This document shows, in pieces, positions 1 to 7,520 of a DNA stretch of 64,000 nucleotides. The position numbers and the translations under genes are program-made. The notes beneath the pieces were generated by a model. The model made no database searches. It was given only the letters and a program-made list of their open reading frames with translations, and was not told the DNA's origin. This stretch comes from an uncultured Acidobacteriota bacterium (GTDB lineage: Bacteria > Acidobacteriota > Thermoanaerobaculia > Multivoradales > SZUA-115): NCBI GenBank assembly GCA_963805975.1, contig CAWDVR010000003.1, positions 256,001 through 320,000 of the forward strand, written 5' to 3'. The number at the start of each line of letters is the position of its first letter. Position 1 is the stretch's first letter.

Positions 1-770
1 TGCTCCAGGGCCCGGCCCGGCTGGCCCGCCTGCCTCTCGAGCCAGCCCAGCGCGACCAGAATTTCCACCTGCAAGCCGGTCTGCCCGAGCCTTTCGAGGC
101 GACCCAGGGCCGTTTGGAAGCGTTCCCGCGCCTCCTCGAAGCGGCCGAGAGAAAACTCCAGGTTGCCCCAGTTGTAGCCTACGTGAGCTATCAGATCCTC
201 GTTGTCGGCGCTCTCCGCCCGCTCCGCTGCGTCTCGGTAGTAGCGCTCGGCATCCTTGGCTCGGCCCAGCCGGTACGCGTTGGCACCCAGCCCGTTGAGC
301 GCGCCCCCCTCTTCCTCGGCCAGGCCGGCCGCCTTACAGTCCTCCAGGGCCTCGAGCCACCAGCGAGCCGCCTCCTCGGAGCGTTCGTGGTTTCGGAGCA
401 GCGTCCCGATCCGGTTCTTCGCCTTGCACCCCCCGGCCCGATCGGAGGACCGCCCGGCGACCTCCAGGGCGTGCCGGTAGATCTGCTCGGCTTCGCTGTA
501 CTGGCGTTCCCTCTGGTGGGCGATACCCTGTCCCAGGAGGCCTTCGATCTGGAGGGAGTGGTCGCTCGTCTGCCGAGCGGCTTCGGCGGCTGCCTCGTAG
601 AGACCAATCGCCGTCGCGTTATCGCCCTTGTCGAGAACCTTTCTGGCCGCCGCCAGCAGGGTCGCGGCCGGGCGCGGGTCTTCCGGCGGCGAGCAGGCCG
701 CCAGGGCTCCCGAGAGCAGGAGAAGGCTCCACACCACGGCTCCCGGCTGGGGTCGAAACCTTAGATTCAT
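1..770 (-). CDS. TPR-repeat lipoprotein, 5' part only (continues beyond window; possibly a CHAT-domain protein)
   Basis: Manual translation from ATG at 770: MNLRFRPQPGAVVWSLLLLSGALAAC (lipobox) followed by TPR-like helices; open to the window edge; divergent from the ECF sigma gene. Confidence 0.75.
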   Translation of the reverse strand, partial: MNLRFRPQPGAVVWSLLLLSGALAACSPPEDPRPAATLLAAARKVLDKGDNATAIGLYEAAAEAARQTSDHSLQIEGLLGQGIAHQRERQYSEAEQIYRHALEVAGRSSDRAGGCKAKNRIGTLLRNHERSEEAARWWLEALEDCKAAGLAEEEGGALNGLGANAYRLGRAKDAERYYRDAAERAESADNEDLIAHVGYNWGNLEFSLGRFEEARERFQTALGRLERLGQTGLQVEILVALGWLERQAGQPGRALE

Positions 771-853
771 GGCTATCGTCTTCTGCCCTCACTCTACTGC
801 ATCCAAAGGCCTGCCCCGCTGCCCGTCACCGGGGCGTAACCGCCTTTCTCCGT

Positions 854-1453
854 TTGACTTCCCGCCGCCTCTCGGAGAGCATCGCGAACCAGAGGAGCGC
901 TCCCAACGTGCGGACCGAAGAGGCGAAGCTCATCACCAGCTTCCTGGCCGGCGAGGCCGAGGCGGTGTCCCAGATCGACGGCTGGATCCGGCAGGCGGCC
1001 TCGCCGTTTCGCCGGCGCCTGGCCGACCATTGGGACGACGCGCTCCAGGACGTTCGCCTGGAGGCCACCCGCCTGCTCAAGGACCAGCGCTTCCGGGGCG
1101 AGTCCAGCCTCAAGACCTATCTCTGGCGCGTGACCTCGAACGCCTGCGTGGACCGGGTGCGCGGCCAGCGCAAGGTGCAGTGGGAGGACATCGAGGCGGT
1201 CGACCAGCGTGGCGAGGGAGCGCGGGCGAAGGCGGCCGAGCGCGGGCGCGCGGGCGAGGCCAAGGATCTGGCGCTGCGCGTGCTGGCCGAGATGTCCGAC
1301 GAATGCCGCCAGCTCTGGCGGATGCTCTTCGAAGGCCTTTCCTATCAGCAGATGAGCCAGAGCCTGGGGGTCGCCGAGGGAGCGCTCCGGGTGCGGGTGC
1401 TGCGCTGCCGCCGCAAAGCCCTGGTGGTGCGCGAGGGTCTCCTGGGCCAATAG
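854..1453 (+). CDS. ECF-type RNA polymerase sigma factor
   Basis: Region 2 (DDALQDV...FRGESSLKTYLWRVTSNACVD) and region 4 (LSYQQMSQSLGVAEGALRVRVLRCR); start codon uncertain. Confidence 0.9.
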   Translation: MTSRRLSESIANQRSAPNVRTEEAKLITSFLAGEAEAVSQIDGWIRQAASPFRRRLADHWDDALQDVRLEATRLLKDQRFRGESSLKTYLWRVTSNACVDRVRGQRKVQWEDIEAVDQRGEGARAKAAERGRAGEAKDLALRVLAEMSDECRQLWRMLFEGLSYQQMSQSLGVAEGALRVRVLRCRRKALVVREGLLGQ

Positions 1454-1515
1454 CCCCGCCGCTGGTAACGATTGCGGGCGGGGGTGGCCTAAGCTGTCGG
1501 AGAGGTGAGAACCAC

Positions 1516-2328
1516 ATGAACTGCGACAATGCAATGGAATTGCTGCCCTGGAGGGCCAACGGCAGCCTGGCCGAGGTCGAGAGGCGGGAGCTGGACGAGC
1601 ACCTGAGCGGCTGCCCGGCCTGCCAGCGGGAGATGGCCGAGACGCGGCTCGCGGCCGAGATCTACGCTGCGCACCCGACCGCCGACCAGCTCTACGACCT
1701 GGTCGCCGGCAAGGCTGCACCGTCCGGGAGCGAGCTGATCGAGCGGCACGTGGCCTCCTGCTCCACCTGTGCCGAGGAGCTGTCGATGATCCGCGACAGC
1801 CAGGGCCTGCTGGCCGACGCCGAGGAACGTGACCGGCGCCGGGAGGGCTCGGTGGTCCGCGGCCCCTGGGGCGTGCGGAGCCTCGCGCCGGCGCGGAGCT
1901 GGGTGCCGCTCGCCCTGGCGGCGGCCATGGCGCTCGCCGTGCTGGGCCCGGTGGTGGTCTGGGTGAGCAGCCACTCGGGCTGGGGAACGCCGGCCGTGAT
2001 GGCGGCGAAGACCGTGGACCTGCCGGTCCAGATCCTGCGCGGGGGCGAGCCCGAGCCCGCCACGCCGCCCGTGATCCGCCGCGGTGATGGTCCGCTCGTG
2101 CTCCACCTCCACAACCAGGGCTGGGACCTGGCGCCGGGGGTCACCGTGGAGCTGATCGACGAGGCGGAACGGCTGACGCTCGTGCCGCAGGAGCAGGTCG
2201 AGCAGGGCCCGGGCGCGGTCCGGGTGCGCATCGACGCCGGGAAGCTCCCTCTGGGGCTCGTCACGGTGAGCGTGCTCGACGCCGAGCGCCAGCCGCGCGG
2301 CGAGGCCAGTTTCCGCGTCGAGCGGTAG
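1516..2328 (+). CDS. Anti-sigma factor with two zf-HC2 (ZAS) motifs, one TM helix and an extracytoplasmic domain
   Basis: HLSGCPAC and HVASCSTC motifs, hydrophobic segment WVPLALAAAMALAVLGPVVVWV, GAGG-type RBS before ATG 1516, directly after the ECF gene. Confidence 0.85.
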   Translation: MNCDNAMELLPWRANGSLAEVERRELDEHLSGCPACQREMAETRLAAEIYAAHPTADQLYDLVAGKAAPSGSELIERHVASCSTCAEELSMIRDSQGLLADAEERDRRREGSVVRGPWGVRSLAPARSWVPLALAAAMALAVLGPVVVWVSSHSGWGTPAVMAAKTVDLPVQILRGGEPEPATPPVIRRGDGPLVLHLHNQGWDLAPGVTVELIDEAERLTLVPQEQVEQGPGAVRVRIDAGKLPLGLVTVSVLDAERQPRGEASFRVER

Positions 2329-2427
2329 GCAGCTCCAGATTGGCATGGGGATTGCCCTTGGCGGGGCTGTCCCCACTCGATCCTCGAGAGGGAACGTGCA
2401 TCGTTTCGACTCACGAGGAGGCTCCCC

Positions 2428-3630
2428 ATGCCAGCCCACCGCCTCATTCTTCGCGCGGCCCTCTGTGCCACCTTCGCCGCGCTCTCTGCCTGGCCCGCCA
2501 CGGCGGTCACCTGCGGCCTGGACCGTGTTCCCGGCGCCACCCTGCTGGTGCCCTACTTCGAGCTCGACACCACCAACCCCAACTCGTTGACGACGCTCCT
2601 CTCGATCAACAACGCCGACCAGACCGGCACCATCGTGCAGGTGACGCTGTGGAGCGACCTCGCGGTGCAGGTGGTCAGCTTCAACATCTACCTCTCGGGC
2701 TACGACGTCCAGACCATCAACCTGAGCGACATCGTGGTCCGCGGCGTGTTCCCGGTCACCGACCCGCCGGCTTCCTACACGAGCTGCCCCGCGACCCTGC
2801 CGGTCTTCCCGTCGATCTACCCGCCCATGGTCCCGTACCTCCGGGACGCGCTCACCGGCCAGAGCGTGGTCTACCCCGGCTCCGTGAACCCGGTGCAGGT
2901 CGGCGTCGACCACGGAGACGCGATGGCGCGCGGCTTCATCACCGTGGACGCCACCAACGCCTGCTCTTCGGACACCGCCAGCGATCCGGGCTACTGGGGG
3001 ATCGGCGGCACCGGCGTGCCCAGCAACCGCAACATCCTGTGGGGCGACTACTTCTACCTCGATCCCGCGAACGACTTCTCCCAGGGCTTCAACATGGTGC
3101 AGCTCGAGGCCGACGGCACCCTGGGCGCCGCCGACTACACCTTCTACCGCCGCTTCTCCGGCGGGGCCGACCAGCGCGAGCCTCTCGCCACCAACCACGC
3201 GGTGCGCTACGTTTCGGGCGGTGCGTTCAGCGGCGGCACCGAGATCTACTACTGGCGCGACCCCAAGCGCACGGTCACCCCGTTCACCCCCGGGACCCTG
3301 CCGGCGCCCTTCCCGCTGGGCAGCCTCGAGACCCTGATCTTCGACGAATCGGAGAGCTCGGCCACCTCGCTCGCCACCCCGTTCCCCTACGCCTCGGGCA
3401 AGGTGGTGGTGGGCACGGACCTGCCGGTGCCCTTCAATTTCGGCTGGATCCTCTTCAACATGAACACGCCGGTGGCCGGCAGCCAGGTTCCCTTCGAGCC
3501 CGTCGCCCAGAGCGCGCTGGCCTACACCTTCCGCGCCTTCGGGCGGTTCGCGATCGGTGTCGACTCGACCACGCTGGACAGCGCCTGTGACGCGGACCTG
3601 GGGCCCTTCCCCATGCCGCCGCAGCCGTAG
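2428..3630 (+). CDS. Secreted hypothetical protein
   Basis: Signal peptide ending ATA|V, RBS GAGGAG, beta-rich mature part starting PGATLLVPYFE; good high-GC codon usage. Confidence 0.75.
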   Translation: MPAHRLILRAALCATFAALSAWPATAVTCGLDRVPGATLLVPYFELDTTNPNSLTTLLSINNADQTGTIVQVTLWSDLAVQVVSFNIYLSGYDVQTINLSDIVVRGVFPVTDPPASYTSCPATLPVFPSIYPPMVPYLRDALTGQSVVYPGSVNPVQVGVDHGDAMARGFITVDATNACSSDTASDPGYWGIGGTGVPSNRNILWGDYFYLDPANDFSQGFNMVQLEADGTLGAADYTFYRRFSGGADQREPLATNHAVRYVSGGAFSGGTEIYYWRDPKRTVTPFTPGTLPAPFPLGSLETLIFDESESSATSLATPFPYASGKVVVGTDLPVPFNFGWILFNMNTPVAGSQVPFEPVAQSALAYTFRAFGRFAIGVDSTTLDSACDADLGPFPMPPQP

Positions 3631-3664
3631 GAGCCTGGCACCGGTCCAGGCTGAGCGCTCGAAC

Positions 3665-3694
3665 CCGGCCGGAAAATGGCGGCGTTCCGGCCGG
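3665..3694. terminator. Hairpin between convergent genes (probable terminator)
   Basis: CCGGCCGGAA-N10-TTCCGGCCGG perfect 10-bp stem; no U-tract. Confidence 0.45.
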
Positions 3695-3723
3695 CAACAT
3701 CTTCCCGCTGCCCTGAACCGGCC

Positions 3724-6700
3724 TCAGACCCCGAAGTACCGCGCGTCCGGGTGCTGGAAGACCAGTGCCGAGACGCTGGCCTCGGGGTCCATCATGTCGC
3801 CCTCGGTGAGGTGGACCCCGATCTCCTCCGGCTGGAGCGCGGCGAAGAGCGCCCGCTGGCCGCCCAGGTCCGGGCAGGCCGGGTAGCCGAAGCTGTAGCG
3901 CTTGCCGCGGTAGCGGGCCGAGAAGAGGTCCCGCACGGCGAGCTCCGGCGGGTCCGGGAAGCCCCAGGCCGCACGCAGCCGCTGGTGCACCAGCTCGGCC
4001 GCGGCCTCGGCGGTCTCGAGCGCCAGCGCCGCGAAGACGTGGCTCTTCAGGTACTCGCCGGCGTGCTTCAGCTCCTCGACGCGCTGGCGCACCTCGTGCC
4101 CGGCGCTGGTCACGAAGAGGGCCACGTGGTCGCCGGGGAGCAGATAGTCCGTCAGGCAGAGGCCGCCGGGCTTGGCCTGCCGGGGCAGGTCCCAGGTGGC
4201 GGCCGGGGAGCCGCTCGCCGGATCGAGAAGGATCAGCCGGTCGCCTTCCGTCACGGCCGGGAAGAACCGCCACACGCCCACCGCAGGCATGGCACCGCGA
4301 CGCGCGAACTCCTTCACCTCCTCGACCACGGCGTGGATCTTCTCGAACTTGGGGTCGTGGCGCGCCGCCATCGCCTCGACCGAGCCGGTGAGGCCGAGGT
4401 GTTTGCCGTAGAACATCTTGGGGTTGACGTAGGGCCACACCTCGTCGGGGAGGAAGCGCTCGACGACGCGCTCGAGGTGCGGCGGCGGCGGCACCGGTAG
4501 GTCCCGGCGCACTGTCGGCGGTGCCGGCAGGCCCTCCTCCTCGCTCGCCACGGCGCTCTCCGGCGCCACCTGGTCGGCGGTGATCAGCTCCGCCACCTCC
4601 TCCTCGAGCGTCGGGCGCTGGTGCGGGTCGATGATCCGCTCCACCAGCTTCAGGCCGCTCATCGCGTCCTTGGCGTAGGTGCAGAGGCCGGTGTAGGCGG
4701 CGGCGATCTTGCGGTGCGTGAAGCGGCGGGTGAGGGCCGCGCCGCCGACGATCAAGGGCACGTCGATGCCCACCGCTGCCAGGTCGCCGGCGGTCGCCAC
4801 CATCTGCTGCGCGCTCTTGACCAGCAGGCCGGAGAGCCCCACCACGTCCGGCTTCTCGCCGGCGATGGCCTGGATCAACTGCTCGGAGGGGACCTTGATG
4901 CCGAGGTTCACCACCGTGAAGCCGTTGTTGGTGAGGATGATGTCCACCAGGTTCTTGCCGATGTCGTGGACGTCGCCCTTCACCGTGGCGAGGATCACCT
5001 TGCCGCGCGAGGTATCGGCGCCCTCGACGTGCTGCATGTGCGGCTCGAGGTACGCCACCGCGGCCTTCATCACCTCGGCGCTCTGCAGCACCTCGGCGAC
5101 GATGAGCTGGTTGGCGTTGAACAGCCGGCCCACCTCCGCCATGCCGGCCATCAGCGGGCCGTTGATGATGGCGAGCGGCTCGGGGTAGGCCGGATCGGCG
5201 AGCGCGGTCTCCGAGTCCTCGGTCAGGCCTTCCTTGCTGCCTTCCACCACCGCCCGCGACAACCGCTCGGCGAGCGGCAGCTTGGCGCGGTCGCTCGCCT
5301 TGTTGACGACTCCCCGGCCGCGGAAATGCTCGGTGAAGGCGGCCACCGCCTGATCGCCGGCCGCCACGTCGCCGGGCGGCAAGAAGATCAGGGTCTCGGC
5401 GAGGCGCCGCTCCTCCTCGGGGATCTCCGGGTAGCGGGCCAGGCGCTCGGTGTTGACGATGGCCGCGTCCAACCCGGCCCGCGTCGCGTGGTAGAGGAAG
5501 ACCGAGTTCAGCACCTCGCGGCCCGCGGCGGGCAGGCCGAACGAGACGTTCGAGACCCCGAGGATGGTGCGGGTGCCCGGCAGCTCTTCCTTGAGGCGCC
5601 GCACGCCCTCGACGGTCATCGCCGCCGAGCCCAGGTAGGTGGCGTCGCCGGTGCCGCAGGGAAAGACCAGCGCGTCCCACCAGATGTCCTCGGGCGCGAT
5701 GCCGAAGCGGCCGGTCAAGAGCTCGAAGGAGCGGTGCGCCACCTCGAGCTTGCGCTCCACGGAGACCGCCATGCCGGTCTCGTCGATGCAGCCCACCACC
5801 AGGGCGGCGCCGAAACGCCGGGCGAGCGGCGCCACGCGCTCGAAGCGGGAGAGGCCGTCCTCGAGGTTGATCGAGTTGAGCACCGCCTTGCCCTGGCAGA
5901 AGGTGAGCGCCCGCTCCATCACCGCGGCGTCGGTCGAGTCGATCATCAGCGGCGCCTTCACCACCCGCACCAGGCGGTCGAGGAAGGCTTCCATCATCCC
6001 CATCTCGTCGCGGTCCGGGTCCTGGAGGCAGACGTCGAGGATCTGGCCGCCCGCCTTCACCTGGGCGCGGCCCACCTCGGCAGCGGCCTCGTAGTCGCCG
6101 GCGACCATCAGGCGCTTGAATTTGGCGCTGCCGAGCACGTTGGTGCGCTCGCCCACCAGCAACGGCCGGTTGTCGGGCGTCAGCTCTACGGCCTCGATGC
6201 CGGAGACCAGGGCGCGGTGGTGCGCGGGCACCGGCCGCGGGCGGCGGCCGGCGACCATCTCGGCGAGCGCCGCGATGTGCGCCCGGGTGGTGCCGCAGCA
6301 GCCGCCCACCAGGTTCAGCCAGCCGGCATCGGCGAAGCGCCCCAGCACCTCGGCAACGTGCTCGGGGCCCTCGGTGTAGCGGCCGTCCTCGTCCGGCAGG
6401 CCGGCGTTGGGCACGCAGGCGACGCGGCTGCGGCAGAGCTCGGAGAGGGTGCGCACGTGGTCCGCCATAAGGTCCGGGCCGGTGGCGCAGTTGAGGCCCA
6501 CGTAGAGCAGGTCGGCGTGCAGAAGGGACACCGCGAGTGCTTCGGCGTCCTGCCCGGCGAGCATCGTGCCGGTGGGCTCGATGGTGGCCGACACCGCGAC
6601 CGGCAGCCGCCAGCCGGCGTCGGCGAACGCGGTCTCGAGGCCGAGGAGCGCCGCCTTGACGTTCCTCGTGTCCTGGCTGGTCTCGATCAGCAGGTAGTCC

Positions 6701-7221
6701 GCGCCGCCGGCCATCAGCCCCAGGGCCTGGACGTAGAAGTGCTTCTGCAGCTCCTCGAAAGTGATGCCGCCGGTGACCGAGATCGCCTTGGTGGTCGGGC
6801 CCAGCGAGCCGCAGACGAAACGGGGTTTCCCGGGGGTCACGAAGCGCGCGCAAGCCTCGCGGGCGAGCGCCGCGGACAGCCGGTTGAGCTCGAAGGCGTG
6901 GTCCTCGAGGCCGTACTCGGCGAGCACCAGCGGCGTGCCGCCGAAGCTGTTGGTCTCGACCACGTCGGCGCCGGCGGCGAGGTAAGTCTCGGAAACGCCT
7001 CGCACCACGTCCGGCCGCGTGCGGCAGAGGTTCTCGTTGCAGCCCTCGAGCTCCGGCCCGCCGAAGTCCACGGCCGTCAGGTTCGCGTCCTGGAGGGCCG
7101 TGCCCGTGGCGCCGTCCAGGAGCAGGATGCGCTCCGCGAGCGCCGCTTCGAGCGCCGCCGTCCTCGTTTCGAGGTCGGGCGGGCGCGGTGGTGGAGTGGG
7201 ATGGAAGATCGATTCGTCCAC
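3724..7221 (-). CDS. metH: Cobalamin-dependent methionine synthase
   Basis: Hcy-binding GGCCGT, pterin-binding GERTN, B12-binding GDVHDIGKNLV, activation domain RYSFGYPACPD; GTG start chosen downstream of the riboswitch terminator. Confidence 0.97.
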   Translation of the reverse strand: MDESIFHPTPPPRPPDLETRTAALEAALAERILLLDGATGTALQDANLTAVDFGGPELEGCNENLCRTRPDVVRGVSETYLAAGADVVETNSFGGTPLVLAEYGLEDHAFELNRLSAALAREACARFVTPGKPRFVCGSLGPTTKAISVTGGITFEELQKHFYVQALGLMAGGADYLLIETSQDTRNVKAALLGLETAFADAGWRLPVAVSATIEPTGTMLAGQDAEALAVSLLHADLLYVGLNCATGPDLMADHVRTLSELCRSRVACVPNAGLPDEDGRYTEGPEHVAEVLGRFADAGWLNLVGGCCGTTRAHIAALAEMVAGRRPRPVPAHHRALVSGIEAVELTPDNRPLLVGERTNVLGSAKFKRLMVAGDYEAAAEVGRAQVKAGGQILDVCLQDPDRDEMGMMEAFLDRLVRVVKAPLMIDSTDAAVMERALTFCQGKAVLNSINLEDGLSRFERVAPLARRFGAALVVGCIDETGMAVSVERKLEVAHRSFELLTGRFGIAPEDIWWDALVFPCGTGDATYLGSAAMTVEGVRRLKEELPGTRTILGVSNVSFGLPAAGREVLNSVFLYHATRAGLDAAIVNTERLARYPEIPEEERRLAETLIFLPPGDVAAGDQAVAAFTEHFRGRGVVNKASDRAKLPLAERLSRAVVEGSKEGLTEDSETALADPAYPEPLAIINGPLMAGMAEVGRLFNANQLIVAEVLQSAEVMKAAVAYLEPHMQHVEGADTSRGKVILATVKGDVHDIGKNLVDIILTNNGFTVVNLGIKVPSEQLIQAIAGEKPDVVGLSGLLVKSAQQMVATAGDLAAVGIDVPLIVGGAALTRRFTHRKIAAAYTGLCTYAKDAMSGLKLVERIIDPHQRPTLEEEVAELITADQVAPESAVASEEEGLPAPPTVRRDLPVPPPPHLERVVERFLPDEVWPYVNPKMFYGKHLGLTGSVEAMAARHDPKFEKIHAVVEEVKEFARRGAMPAVGVWRFFPAVTEGDRLILLDPASGSPAATWDLPRQAKPGGLCLTDYLLPGDHVALFVTSAGHEVRQRVEELKHAGEYLKSHVFAALALETAEAAAELVHQRLRAAWGFPDPPELAVRDLFSARYRGKRYSFGYPACPDLGGQRALFAALQPEEIGVHLTEGDMMDPEASVSALVFQHPDARYFGV

Positions 7222-7261
7222 GGATGAAGCCCCTTCCTCGCGGCCAGCGATGTGGCCAGCA

Positions 7262-7296
7262 ACAAAAAACCCGCCTCGCACCACGAGACGGGCTTC
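7262..7296 (-). terminator. Intrinsic terminator (riboswitch expression platform)
   Basis: Minus strand AAGCCCGTCTCG-TGGTG-CGAGGCGGGTTTTTTGTT: 12-bp stem plus U-tract in the metH leader. Confidence 0.85.
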
Positions 7297-7318
7297 GCTG
7301 GAGCCGCCAAAGGGCTCA

Positions 7319-7456
7319 ACGGACACTTGGTTGTCGCCTCGGGTTCCGGCGACCACATCCTCGGCCCGAGATCGTCTCGGGAGCCGAAAGGGCACCTTGG
7401 GTGTCCGCCCAGGTTGCCGAGCCCGGCGCCATGCACCGGACCGCTCGTAATGCAAG
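7319..7456 (-). ncRNA. SAM riboswitch, SAM-I/IV variant
   Basis: Minus strand has CATTACGAG, core GGCAACC...GGTGCC, a P4 hairpin, P1 closure GATG, a P5 hairpin GTCGCC/GGCGAC, and a 3' GTGTCCG complementary to P3-loop CGGACAC (pseudoknot); sits upstream of metH. Confidence 0.85.
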
Positions 7457-7460
7457 AGGA

Positions 7461-7490
7461 AGGGTAGGGGAAGGGGCGGGTGGGTGTCAA
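7461..7490 (-). promoter_or_regulatory. Sigma70-type promoter for the riboswitch-metH transcript
   Basis: Minus strand TTGACA-N18-TACCCT immediately 5' of the aptamer. Confidence 0.6.
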
Positions 7491-7520
7491 CCTGATCCCT
7501 CCCCCGGGCAGGAGGGGCGT

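Noticed and set aside
833-860. Shared ECF promoter motif GTAAC at ~835, ~1466 and ~58399
   Set aside because: Downstream -10 elements and spacing are inconsistent; too weak to call
3455-6853. Long alternative-frame and antisense ORFs (e.g. 3455-6853, 49915-53487, 22639-24966)
   Set aside because: Arg/Pro/Gly-rich shadow ORFs typical of high-GC DNA, overlapping well-supported genes
7222-7455. N-terminal extension of MetH
   Set aside because: Overlaps the riboswitch and terminator; non-coding leader is the better explanation
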